Below, piece by piece: positions 1 through 9,035 of a stretch of DNA of 64,000 bases (its first letter is position 1; each line of letters starts with the position of its first letter). A model generated the notes under the pieces. It saw nothing but the letters and a program-made list of their open reading frames with translations. It was not told the DNA's origin and did no database searches. The position numbers and the translations under genes were made by a program. The DNA is from Candidatus Latescibacterota bacterium (GTDB taxonomy: Bacteria > Latescibacterota > UBA2968 > GCA-2709665). Location: the NCBI GenBank assembly GCA_965208835.1, contig OZ242358.1, positions 3,328,001 to 3,392,000 of the forward strand. The letters run 5' to 3'.

Positions 1-747
1 AAAACCCGCGAGCAGGGCGAATACCACAACCCAGAGAACCTGCACGGAGAGGATGTGGACGACCTCTGCGGCAGTGACGCGACCGATGTAGATCTCCAGC
101 GGCGCCTGGAACATGTACTGAAAGGGCAGCCACCGCGAAACATTGGCGATGAAGTCGGGAAACAGCCACATGGGCACCAATCTTCCCGACAGGGCAAAGA
201 CAAGGCTGGTCTTCACCGCACTCACGTCCCCAAAGTCGGTGACCCAGAATGCCGTCATGCCCACCAGGACGCTGAGCAGCCACAGGAGCAGGAAGCTCAG
301 CGCACAGCTCGGCAGAAACAGCAGCCACGCGCCCACGCCCGCCGGCAGCGGTGGAGCCACAAAAAGCAGCGAGATGGCCAGCAGGGGCAGGGCGAACTGC
401 GTAACGGCAGTCAGCGAACGCCCCACATCTTCGGTCATCCAGTACCAGACGAGGTTCACCGGCCGGATCAGATCGAGCGCGATCTCGCCTGCGCGGATCT
501 TTGCAAAGAGCACGTCGTCGATGCTGACAGTGAAGCATGCATTCATCAGCACGGCGACGACGGCATACGTGACCATCTGCGCCTCGGTGACCCCGGCGAC
601 CTCGTCGATCCCGCGATACGCGGTGCGCCAGAGGAAGACGGAGCCAAGGAGGAAGAACAGGTTCCGCCCGATTGACGACAGATACTCGAAGCGGTAGGCC
701 AGCGCGTTGAGCAGCTGGAGCTTCAGCAGGTAGGTGTAAAGGTGCAT
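1..747 (-). CDS. ABC-2 family transporter permease (partial, runs off the left edge)
   Basis: Hand translation from ATG at 747: MHLYTYLLKLQLLNALAYRFEYL...GEIALDLIRPVN; hydrophobic, with the AYR and G.IA..L.RP motifs of this family. Absent from the ORF track because no stop lies in the window. Confidence 0.85.
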   Translation of the reverse strand, partial: MHLYTYLLKLQLLNALAYRFEYLSSIGRNLFFLLGSVFLWRTAYRGIDEVAGVTEAQMVTYAVVAVLMNACFTVSIDDVLFAKIRAGEIALDLIRPVNLVWYWMTEDVGRSLTAVTQFALPLLAISLLFVAPPLPAGVGAWLLFLPSCALSFLLLWLLSVLVGMTAFWVTDFGDVSAVKTSLVFALSGRLVPMWLFPDFIANVSRWLPFQYMFQAPLEIYIGRVTAAEVVHILSVQVLWVVVFALLAGF

Positions 748-781
748 GGATGGTTGGATCCGGAAGCGTGATTCTCGACGT

Positions 782-1759
782 TCAATCTATGCCTTCGATT
801 GCAGCCTCGCCCATACGAATCGCCACATGCGGGAGAGCGAGTATACGGTCATCCAGTTCCCAGGTTTTCCGATTGGGCGATCTCGGGCTCCATTTCCGGT
901 GGAGTTGGCAGAGTCGTCTGGCATACCAGGCCGCGAAGATGAGAGGGAGTGCGGTACGTTCATCTTCGGAGGGAGGCCGTACTGAGAAATACCCCGCCAC
1001 GAATCGCTGCATTTCCTCATCTGAAAGCTGTCGACCCACGGTCCCGATCAGCCATTGAATCCGGACCATCACCACGTCCACAAGCGCCGGAGCGAAGTGA
1101 GCCGAATTGAAGTCGGTGAACCGAATCTCACCAGACGGGGAAGTGATCGTATTCCAACTTCGCACGTCTCCGCGACACAAGAGCCAACGGACGTTCATCC
1201 TGTTCGGCGTGTTGTTCAACTGTGCTCGAAGCCGGGTGACCGCATCTGCCGCGTTCGAGGAGAACGTCGTCCTCTTGCAATACTCGAGAGCGTCAGAGAT
1301 GTACAGCCGCGCATCCTTGACTTCTGAACTGAAGATTGGAAAGTCTTCGCTCGCATCGTGAACCCGTGCGAGAGCCTCCCCCACGTTGCCGAGCGTATCG
1401 ACGCGGTCTACAACCTCTCCTTCCAGGAAGCTCTCGACCGAAATCACCAGGTCTCGGACGGATTTGTACAGCCGACCATCCGTGGTTGGACGGATGTCGG
1501 GACACGGCGCGCCGCGCTCGGCAAGGTGTCGAACGAATTCCACAATGGTTTTGGGATGGACCGAACCGTCCCAACCCGGATTCACGCGGAACACAACGCG
1601 TCCGTCCCGCAGACTGTCACAAAAGAAGACGCACTGTGAGTTCGCCCTGCAGACGTTGTTCACTTCCAGATCCCAGAATCGCTTGCAGAGATCCACAATC
1701 TCTCGCTGGTCGGGCAGCGGGCCCGTTTCGTCTCTGGATCTGGGATATATGGCTTCCAT
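782..1759 (-). CDS. APH/homoserine kinase type II-like phosphotransferase
   Basis: LARVH, RGDVRSWN (Brenner-like motif) and TDFN; probable start MEAIYPR at 1759. Confidence 0.8.
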   Translation of the reverse strand: MEAIYPRSRDETGPLPDQREIVDLCKRFWDLEVNNVCRANSQCVFFCDSLRDGRVVFRVNPGWDGSVHPKTIVEFVRHLAERGAPCPDIRPTTDGRLYKSVRDLVISVESFLEGEVVDRVDTLGNVGEALARVHDASEDFPIFSSEVKDARLYISDALEYCKRTTFSSNAADAVTRLRAQLNNTPNRMNVRWLLCRGDVRSWNTITSPSGEIRFTDFNSAHFAPALVDVVMVRIQWLIGTVGRQLSDEEMQRFVAGYFSVRPPSEDERTALPLIFAAWYARRLCQLHRKWSPRSPNRKTWELDDRILALPHVAIRMGEAAIEGID

Positions 1760-1867
1760 TGGTTTTCCGGGCCCCGAACCGGCCTTAGCGGTTACGCGAA
1801 GGGCGTAAGATCTAAGCCGTGGGCGGACGTGTCTGTTGAAGCTGTGCACCCTGCTTCCGCCCGGATT

Positions 1868-2506
1868 TCAGGGAACAGTGTACTTTGTCCACCAGCGATG
1901 GTCCATAGTGAACTCCATGTTTTCTACCAGATGACCGATTACGGATTCCACCTGGGCTTCATCCGGTAGATTGTCGATAAGCCTGTAACTTTTGCCATTG
2001 GAACACTCGCGATCTGAGTAGAAGTCGATCCCGTCGTCGCTCTCGGGTGCCCGGTATCGTTGGCCCCCCATGACAACCACAGCTCCTCGATTGAGTTTTC
2101 TATGGACGTTCTCCACCAGCCGGTGCCAATCAGAATACGGCACATGATTGATGAAGTTGAAGTGAAATGCAGCATCGAAACGCTCATCTAGCTGGCCTAA
2201 ATCGAATGCGTCAGATTGGACGAACTCAACGTTTGCCTCGTTCACTAAACTACGTCCGATTGCCAGGATCTGTTCCGACGTGTCCGTTGCTAATACCGAT
2301 TCAGCTGTTTGCGCGATGTGTTTCGTCCATCGTCCCCCTCCAGCTGCGAGTTCCAGCACCTTGCGACCGGAAAATGCCCGCTGGATTTGTTCTATTGTGC
2401 GTCTCTGTTCGACGCTCAAGTTGGCTTCATCGTCAATGTAGGATTGCCGCACGACGTCCCAGTCGTAAGAATATTTGGCGCCGTCGTAGTATTCGATCAT
2501 CTGCAT
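1868..2506 (-). CDS. Class I SAM-dependent methyltransferase
   Basis: VLELAAGGGRWT motif I, then FVQSDAF and FDAAF; start uncertain. Confidence 0.85.
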   Translation of the reverse strand: MQMIEYYDGAKYSYDWDVVRQSYIDDEANLSVEQRRTIEQIQRAFSGRKVLELAAGGGRWTKHIAQTAESVLATDTSEQILAIGRSLVNEANVEFVQSDAFDLGQLDERFDAAFHFNFINHVPYSDWHRLVENVHRKLNRGAVVVMGGQRYRAPESDDGIDFYSDRECSNGKSYRLIDNLPDEAQVESVIGHLVENMEFTMDHRWWTKYTVP

Positions 2507-2860
2507 GCGGTACGAATGCGAATTCAGATCTACCAAGAACACCTCCGATCTATCCTGTCCCGCTTGGGAAAAACACTCACTGCCTGGACCAGGTATCGCA
2601 ATTTCAACTGAATTCTTCACCGCTTGTGGCCCATTCGTGAGGGGTGACCGCAGGCGCCGGGTAGCGGACGCCGTACAGAATCCCCACCGGACAGCCTTCC
2701 CAGTGGGGATCCAATTTGGTATCGGTCGACATTAGAGACCAACATCATTGGGCCGACTGACGGCCTTCCATTCAGTATCTGCAGCGCCGGGGAATCTCGC
2801 GCATGCGATTCCGTCTGTTTGTGGATAACCTCTCCTGGCTTTCGCACGTGGAGGCATTGG

Positions 2861-3919
2861 TCAGAGCCGTACCCAGTCTTTGAGGTCTGCATGCTCGAAT
2901 ATCATCTCGCGCTGTATCTGCAGATCCTGTCCCAGGCCGGCTTCGAGGGCTCTCTCATACATGGCAATGGCGATCCCGACGTCAACGTAGGCCAGACCCA
3001 CTGCGTTAAAGTAGATTCTTTCGTCGTCGTTTTCCCTCCCCGGCTTCGTACCACGGACCAATTCCACGAGATTCGCGTACAAGTCGTCATCCGCCAGCAG
3101 GCCCTCCTTGTACATACGACTGAGCGTCTGTGTTCTATGTTTCACGGTCTCCCAGTCATCGCATACAATCTTATCGCACAGTTTCGCCACGTTGTATTCA
3201 TCCTCCCATCCACCAATGTGACTGTAGAAAGCACCGGGTTTCATCCAGTCCGCCTTAAGCAGCGGCGCCTGTGCACTGGTTGCCGTGACAATGATGTCCG
3301 CTCCGTCAACGGCACGTTCGAGGTCTGAATTCGCCATCGAAAAATCCATATCGGGAACGATTGCAGACATTTCCCTTGTAAACTGTTCTTCCTCGGCACC
3401 CAGCTTCGCGGCCACACGACATGTCGTCAGTGAAGGTATGGCAGTCTTCATCGCGATCAGATGCATCTTTGCCTGTTCACCGGCCCCGATGAATCCGATC
3501 GATGTTGCGTCCTGACGCGCCAGATATTTGGCGGCCAGTGCGCCGATGCTTCCAACCCGAATGTTGGAACACAGGGTGCCTTCCATGAACGCGATCGGGA
3601 ATCCATGGACAATCTCGGACAGGATGATCACTGCCGAGAGATTCTGAATCCCGTGTTTGACCGGATTCGGTGGAAAGACCGACACCCACTTCATGCCGCA
3701 AATTTCCTTATCCTTGAACGTCGCCGGCAGGCAGTTGATTCTCTCCTGGGTTTCATCGTTGAAGATCTGCACGATCTTGTCAGGAAACAGAACGTCTCCT
3801 TTGTCAAAGGCACGAATCGCCGATTCGGCAGCGTCCATCGCCATCCGGATATCCAGGCATCCGGCGGCAAGGAGGTCTTCCTGTGAAAAGAAACGGCAAT
3901 GAATGTCATGGCGAGGCAT
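2861..3919 (-). CDS. Ornithine cyclodeaminase/mu-crystallin family protein
   Basis: GMKWVSVFPPNP, GFIGAGEQAKMH, DIIVTATS and FNAVGLAYVD motifs. Confidence 0.92.
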   Translation of the reverse strand: MPRHDIHCRFFSQEDLLAAGCLDIRMAMDAAESAIRAFDKGDVLFPDKIVQIFNDETQERINCLPATFKDKEICGMKWVSVFPPNPVKHGIQNLSAVIILSEIVHGFPIAFMEGTLCSNIRVGSIGALAAKYLARQDATSIGFIGAGEQAKMHLIAMKTAIPSLTTCRVAAKLGAEEEQFTREMSAIVPDMDFSMANSDLERAVDGADIIVTATSAQAPLLKADWMKPGAFYSHIGGWEDEYNVAKLCDKIVCDDWETVKHRTQTLSRMYKEGLLADDDLYANLVELVRGTKPGRENDDERIYFNAVGLAYVDVGIAIAMYERALEAGLGQDLQIQREMIFEHADLKDWVRL

Positions 3920-3944
3920 CAGTGATCCTTCCGTTTAGAATTAG

Positions 3945-4135
3945 CCTTAATTTCACAAAAATCGCAACGTGGCATGGCGACGAAACTTTCCGAAACGGGC
4001 TGAAATGGTCGTTAGGAAGGACGCTTATTCAGTTCACGTCCAGCGACCTGGTGTATCCTGTAAATCCGCAGTTTAATCGCCTTTGTCTACGTGCATATTT
4101 CCGGTCTTACGTCCCCGAAAAATTTCGAATCAAGG
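3945..4135. mobile_element. MITE-A copy 1 (~190 bp, IS1380-like ends)
   Basis: CCTTAATT...GAATCAAGG imperfect TIRs, flanked by TTAG on both sides; homologous to five other copies. Confidence 0.85.
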
Positions 4136-4141
4136 TTAGAA

Positions 4142-4720
4142 TCAGATTTCCCAGTTCGACACGTATGATCGGCTCTTGAGTCGCTCCGCAAGCTCAATCA
4201 GTACAGATAGTGACTTGCTCAATCTGGCCGTCGTCGCGTCGTCGAGTTCGCCTCCCTCACCCCAATTGTCGCCGTGCGCATAGACATTGTAGGGGCTGAC
4301 AATGCACTTGAAATCCAGCATCAGGGAGGTTGCGAGAGAAGCAAACGCCATATAGCTGTGCGGATAGCTGGCCGAATTGACAAACATCACGACCTTGTCA
4401 TAGAAAGCGCCTCTGCGCGATCCGCCAGGTGGCGTCGAGCCCATATATTCGACGAATTTCTTGAGCTCCGCGCAACACGCCCAGTTGTAGACCGGACTGG
4501 CCAATATGACCGCATCGGCTGCCGTAATCATCTTGTGGCACGATTGGTAAACCTCGGATGAATAGATCTCGTCGTCGTCGAAATTCGGCGGATCAAGTTG
4601 CCGAAGATCGATGAAGTCAACAGAATGCCCCTTGTCCTCCAGGGCTATCCGACACAGGTCAGCAAGCACCCTGCTCCGACTGCGGGCATCGAGACTGCTG
4701 CTGACGACTGATATTTTCAT
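4142..4720 (-). CDS. NADPH-dependent FMN reductase
   Basis: MKISVVSSS...SRS and ADAVILASPVYNW...LKKFVE (flavodoxin fold). Confidence 0.88.
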   Translation of the reverse strand: MKISVVSSSLDARSRSRVLADLCRIALEDKGHSVDFIDLRQLDPPNFDDDEIYSSEVYQSCHKMITAADAVILASPVYNWACCAELKKFVEYMGSTPPGGSRRGAFYDKVVMFVNSASYPHSYMAFASLATSLMLDFKCIVSPYNVYAHGDNWGEGGELDDATTARLSKSLSVLIELAERLKSRSYVSNWEI

Positions 4721-4910
4721 CCAGGACTTCCTTCCTGATCGACCGGCATCGCCTGGCCTACGACATTCTTGCCACCGGCGAACCCACTTATCGTAGCGAA
4801 TGTGGGTTGCGCGAGGTCGCGGGAGCGAACGCGACCGGCGCTCAGGCGGATCCGTTATTCGGCGTGTTGTTCTACCTGAGCCAAACTCTTGGTGGGCAGG
4901 CTTCTTCCCC

Positions 4911-5702
4911 TTATGCAAAGGCCAGTTTGTACAGCCTCGCGGCTTGTTCGAAGGCCAGCCGCACGAATTCTTCCCTCTCCTTCACCCTCGAATGTTCTGT
5001 CAGAACTTCAAGTGTTACCGGCCCACCGTAGTCGGTGTTGCGGATACGCCCGCACAGATTCTCCCAGTCAATAAACCCATCGCCGGGAATGACATGGTCA
5101 ACATATTCCCGGACCCGGTCTGACAAGTGAAGTGCCAGAAGCCGATCTGACACATCCTCGAGCAATGTGAAGGGCCTGGGACCTCCCATTTGATCATGTG
5201 AAGAATCATAGCAAAACCCGAAAACATCACCTGGTAAATTGTCAAGAGCGCGTCGAACAAGATCCGTGGCGGGTCCGGGATGAACATTCTCCAGTGCTAA
5301 TCTAACTCCGTTGTCCCGAAGGATTGAAGTCAGAGCCTCGCAGGTGGCGAGCGCCGCCTCGAGGTGTTCATGCATTTCCCTGGACTCTAGGACGAATGGC
5401 CCGGCGTGCACCACAACCGTCGGTACATCGAGAAAGGCCGCGGATTCAACCGTGGCGGCCAGGGTCGAATGCGCCTGCGGAAGGTGAAGTGGTTTGCCGT
5501 GAATTGTGTCCATACGCAGGTTGCAGTCAAGCAGTAGATTCCGCAAACCGGATCTCCTCGCGTCTCCAAGGTAGCTCGAATGTGGCTCTTGTGCTCCAAG
5601 CGAAACATGCGTGAATCCTGCCTCAGCTATCAAGGGAAGCAAATCCTCAAGTGGACAGTCGTATGCAAAGGACGTAGCTATGGATGTCTTTGGTCGGCTC
5701 AT
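4911..5702 (-). CDS. Sugar phosphate isomerase/epimerase (AP endonuclease 2 TIM barrel)
   Basis: LALENV, CYDSSH, LHLSD, DHVIPGDGFIDW and TLEV motifs. Confidence 0.9.
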   Translation of the reverse strand: MSRPKTSIATSFAYDCPLEDLLPLIAEAGFTHVSLGAQEPHSSYLGDARRSGLRNLLLDCNLRMDTIHGKPLHLPQAHSTLAATVESAAFLDVPTVVVHAGPFVLESREMHEHLEAALATCEALTSILRDNGVRLALENVHPGPATDLVRRALDNLPGDVFGFCYDSSHDQMGGPRPFTLLEDVSDRLLALHLSDRVREYVDHVIPGDGFIDWENLCGRIRNTDYGGPVTLEVLTEHSRVKEREEFVRLAFEQAARLYKLAFA

Positions 5703-5874
5703 GTGCTCTCGCTACACACTGGCTCCGCTTACACTCCCGCAACGTGCCGGCTCCGGTCCCCACGATTCATCGCCCGTTCACCCGGGTTGAACCCAATCGC
5801 CAGGCAGCGCATGCTCCGAAACGCAAATATGAAGCTATAATTCTGATCCAGCCAACTCTCTCCCGGTATTCTAT

Positions 5875-6771
5875 TCAGCTCGGCGCTTGAGCAAAAGACG
5901 CAACAGAAGACGTGACCGCGTGGCCTCCCGCCAACCTTCGTCTCTCAAGACGACTCTGAAGTTCTTCGTACTCCCAGTTCCCGCTCTCGGCCTCCTCACG
6001 CCATTTCATGTTGTATGTCTCTCGCTTGCATACGTCCAGGTTTTTCGGGGCCAGCGTGAGCCACGTCTTCCCTGAGGTAACACTTCCGAAGCCGTTGAAG
6101 CAGGGGGAGTGCATGTAGAGCAGGTTCTTTGCCATGTACGTCAGATAGTCTTCCGAGCTATACCTGGCTCCGTTGTGACTCAATTCGTCGTTGCAGAAAA
6201 TCGTCCTGTGTCGGCATAGGCGGTCCCTGGTTTCCCATGGATTCATAATCAATCCGTCAGAGTCACGCAGATACGCATTGTACGAAGGGTCAACCATCAC
6301 CCACTTCGAGCGAGAAGTACACCAGACCACCGATACCACATGATTATCATAGTCGTACGGATTCAGCGGATTCAGAGATACCAATCTGCTCCGCAATCCA
6401 ATCGAAAGGCAGGCCTCTGTAAGCACGATAGACAGCATGTAGCAGTTGATACCACAGTCCTCACCCTTGCCGAACGAATACCTGAGAAGTCCCGAAGCGT
6501 TCATGGGCACCGATTCGCAGACTTCGGGCCGCGATTTGGTTATGTCGCCTCTGTGGCATACGCCTTCAGACATCCACTGCATCAAGTTCAGGACCTTTGA
6601 CCACTCGTCTCCTCCTCCCGCAACCTGATCAAGGCTATATTCTTCGCGCAGACTTTCGAGCTCAGGATGCGAGAGTTCATATTGGAAGCGAGGCGCCGAC
6701 TCATCCGGTGAGGAGTCAAACTCGTCAAACAAGCGTAAGAGCCCGCAGTTTAGCATGAACTGGTAATTCAT
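5875..6771 (-). CDS. Transglutaminase-like domain protein
   Basis: Putative C-H-D triad: GINCYM, NHVVSVVW, WVMVDPS. Confidence 0.82.
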   Translation of the reverse strand: MNYQFMLNCGLLRLFDEFDSSPDESAPRFQYELSHPELESLREEYSLDQVAGGGDEWSKVLNLMQWMSEGVCHRGDITKSRPEVCESVPMNASGLLRYSFGKGEDCGINCYMLSIVLTEACLSIGLRSRLVSLNPLNPYDYDNHVVSVVWCTSRSKWVMVDPSYNAYLRDSDGLIMNPWETRDRLCRHRTIFCNDELSHNGARYSSEDYLTYMAKNLLYMHSPCFNGFGSVTSGKTWLTLAPKNLDVCKRETYNMKWREEAESGNWEYEELQSRLERRRLAGGHAVTSSVASFAQAPS

Positions 6772-7026
6772 CGTTACTTCCTCAATTAATGTTGATTCTC
6801 TCTTCCCATCGCAGACATTGTCCTTGCGGGCTGCGAACCTGCGTCAGCAGGATTGGCGAAGTGGCGAAATCATCGAGCCACAGCCCGTCGTTTTGCACGT
6901 TTGCGACGCGCACCCTCAGGCCAAGCTCTAAGGTGGCTGAAATACAATGCACGCCCGAAGGGTTTCCGGCTCTCCGGCCATTGTACCCCGGGGACGCCTC
7001 TCAGTCATTTGGCCTTGCGCTACTTA

Positions 7027-7770
7027 CTATCGAACCTTGCAGATGACCACCTGCTTGCTCGCGTCACCGGAGAATGCCGCACCGTCGAAATTTCCAACTC
7101 GGGATTCAATGAGAAATCCATTGTAGTGAAGAAGAGCTTCAAGCTCGGCGGGGAACAGCATTCTCAGTCGCAATTCATGTCGAGAGACCTCCTGGTCGGC
7201 TTCGTCGAGAATCCGGTACGTGCCCGCATTTAACTGAAGCGCACGGTCGTACCGCCCCTGTAATTCAACGCGGAGCCGATGACCAGTTTGCGGATCTGAA
7301 ATGGTCTTGACCGGGGACCACCTGTCAGGATCGAGACTGCGCCATGACAGGCTCGGGTTGAACACATCAAACGCGAAGCATCCGCCTTCCGCCAGAGACT
7401 CGCGTACGCACCCAAGCGCGCGCTCAATGTCATCGCGGGTGTGCAGATGGAGGAACGAGTTGTTCGCTACGAAAATGAGGCTCTGTGGTATGGGCGGCCG
7501 ATATGAACGGAAATCGTCTTCAACCCAGTCAATCGTCAGACCTTCCTCCAAAGCCTTTTTCTTGCCGGTTTCGAGCATTGAATTTGATGGGTCCACAGCG
7601 GTTACCGAAGACCCGCGCTTCGCGAGCGGTATCGCTATCCGACCGGTGCCCGCGCCAAGTTCGAGAACGGGTCCAGGATACTGTGCAGCAAGACCCAGGT
7701 AGAAATCGATACCGTCATCGTGACCAAACAGGGCGTCGTAGAGGAAACCATCGTCGTAGATCGAAGACAC
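7027..7770 (-). CDS. Class I SAM-dependent methyltransferase
   Basis: GPVLELGAGTGRIA, AVDPS, NSFLHL. Confidence 0.92.
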   Translation of the reverse strand: MSSIYDDGFLYDALFGHDDGIDFYLGLAAQYPGPVLELGAGTGRIAIPLAKRGSSVTAVDPSNSMLETGKKKALEEGLTIDWVEDDFRSYRPPIPQSLIFVANNSFLHLHTRDDIERALGCVRESLAEGGCFAFDVFNPSLSWRSLDPDRWSPVKTISDPQTGHRLRVELQGRYDRALQLNAGTYRILDEADQEVSRHELRLRMLFPAELEALLHYNGFLIESRVGNFDGAAFSGDASKQVVICKVR

Positions 7771-7871
7771 GCAGACACCTCGTTGGAAGGGACTCGCTCT
7801 GGATGGGGTGATTGCCGGTTGTGTGCATGATTTTCCGAGATCGGGTGGTTGGGCAATCCATCGCCATTTGC

Positions 7872-7957
7872 GTGTAACATCCTCGCCGTGCGCGAACTGC
7901 CGCAGGCAGTTGCAGCGAAAGTGCCTGAGCAGCGACCCGCGCCCGGTCGTGTTAGCC
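7872..7957 (-). other. Complete attC-like site
   Basis: Minus strand GGCTAAC-A-CG(A)CCGGGCGCG...CGCGCACGGCG-AGGAT-GTTACAC; paired arms with one extra base, 28 bp after a stop codon. Confidence 0.7.
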
Positions 7958-7985
7958 GCCGAATCTATCTGTACACCAGCATGGT

Positions 7986-8579
7986 TCAGAAATGACTCGG
8001 ATTGTCGATGCGAAACGCAAGTTGTGTGATCTTGCCTTCCCCGAATACGCTCTCCTCAACTTTATCCAGCTGAGGAACTCTTGTGAAGCCGACCTTTGTG
8101 AATAGATTGATGCTGGGCTGATTATGTTCATATATACCTGCGACTATGTAATTCAATCCAAGTTCGCGGAAGATATAGTCCACGGAGAGACGAACGGCTT
8201 CCGTCCCGTATCCCTGGAATCTATATTGCTCGTAAATCCAAATCCCCAAGTCAGGCTCTCGGTGTGCAGGAGCTAGACTGGAACGACCAATGGGCGTTTG
8301 ATCCTGCAAATTGACAATCGTCGCATTGAACCGCTGTGGGGGTCTGTCAGGGTTCGTGAAATTTGCCAGGAAGTATTCGTACCCCTCATCCTCGTGTCTG
8401 GAGTTAAAGTTACGCTGTGTTTCCGAGTCCTTCCAAGTCTCGTAGAATGGCCTGTAGTCCTCATGTAAGAACTCCGCAAGGGCGACTTCCCTCCCTCGTC
8501 TGTAAAAGGATCGTGTCGAGACCGCTGAGCACATGGTCATCCTCAGCCCAGGAGCGTGTCGCAAAAGACGACGCTCCAC
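7986..8579 (-). CDS. GNAT N-acetyltransferase (RimJ/RimL-like)
   Basis: LGIWIYEQYRFQGYGTEA and HNQPSINLFTKVGF; true start probably downstream. Confidence 0.88.
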   Translation of the reverse strand: MERRLLRHAPGLRMTMCSAVSTRSFYRRGREVALAEFLHEDYRPFYETWKDSETQRNFNSRHEDEGYEYFLANFTNPDRPPQRFNATIVNLQDQTPIGRSSLAPAHREPDLGIWIYEQYRFQGYGTEAVRLSVDYIFRELGLNYIVAGIYEHNQPSINLFTKVGFTRVPQLDKVEESVFGEGKITQLAFRIDNPSHF

Positions 8580-8603
8580 GAATTTGCCCTGCTGACGATT
8601 GTT

Positions 8604-8732
8604 ACTTTCAGACCCCAGAATCGCTACAGAGATCCCTAATTTCTCGCTGGTCAGGCAGCGCGCCCGTTTCGTCTTTGGATCTGGGATATTGGGCTTTCAT
8701 TGATTCTCTCAGCCCGGAACCGGCCGTAACGG
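8604..8732 (-). pseudogene. 5' stump of a paralog of the 782-1759 phosphotransferase
   Basis: Nucleotide match to 1662-1791 (MKAQYPRSKDETGALPDQREIRDL vs MEAIYPRSRDETGPLPDQREIVDL), then frameshifted and cut off. Confidence 0.85.
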
Positions 8733-8740
8733 CGCATTGT

Positions 8741-8831
8741 AGGTAACGTTTTGTGGATTAATGAACCGGCTTAGCCGGTCGGCGAAACCCAGGCCGCGTG
8801 AAGGCGGCGCAGCATTAACCCACTGTAATCG
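8741..8831 (-). other. attC-like site with mutated R'' box
   Basis: Minus strand CGATTAC-A-GTGGGTTAATG...CATTAATCCAC-AAAAC-GTTACCT. Confidence 0.65.
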
Positions 8832-8976
8832 GTCGTGGAAACTCCGTGAACTGGGCGCCTACAATAGCAGTGTGATTCAGTGAAAAATATCGCCCCGTTT
8901 GATGACTGAGCAGCAACCCTTCGCTCCCAAATTCTTGAGAAACAAACCGATCGTCACATCGTCCATACGTCTTCAT
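8815..8976 (-). pseudogene. Truncated PqqD/RRE-family gene
   Basis: MKTYGRCDDRFVSQEFGSEGLLLSHQTGRYFSLNHTA matches the PqqD N-terminal G.Y..LN.TA pattern; upstream RBS AAAGGGG; runs into the attC and stops at 53 aa. Confidence 0.6.
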
Positions 8977-9035
8977 TTCATGTCCCCTTTATCAAAATCG
9001 AGTACGTCATTTCGATGAGCTTGCTTTACTCATAA

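Noticed and set aside
55-697. Plus-strand ORFs of 206 and 184 aa
   Set aside because: Antisense shadows of the minus-strand ABC-2 permease.
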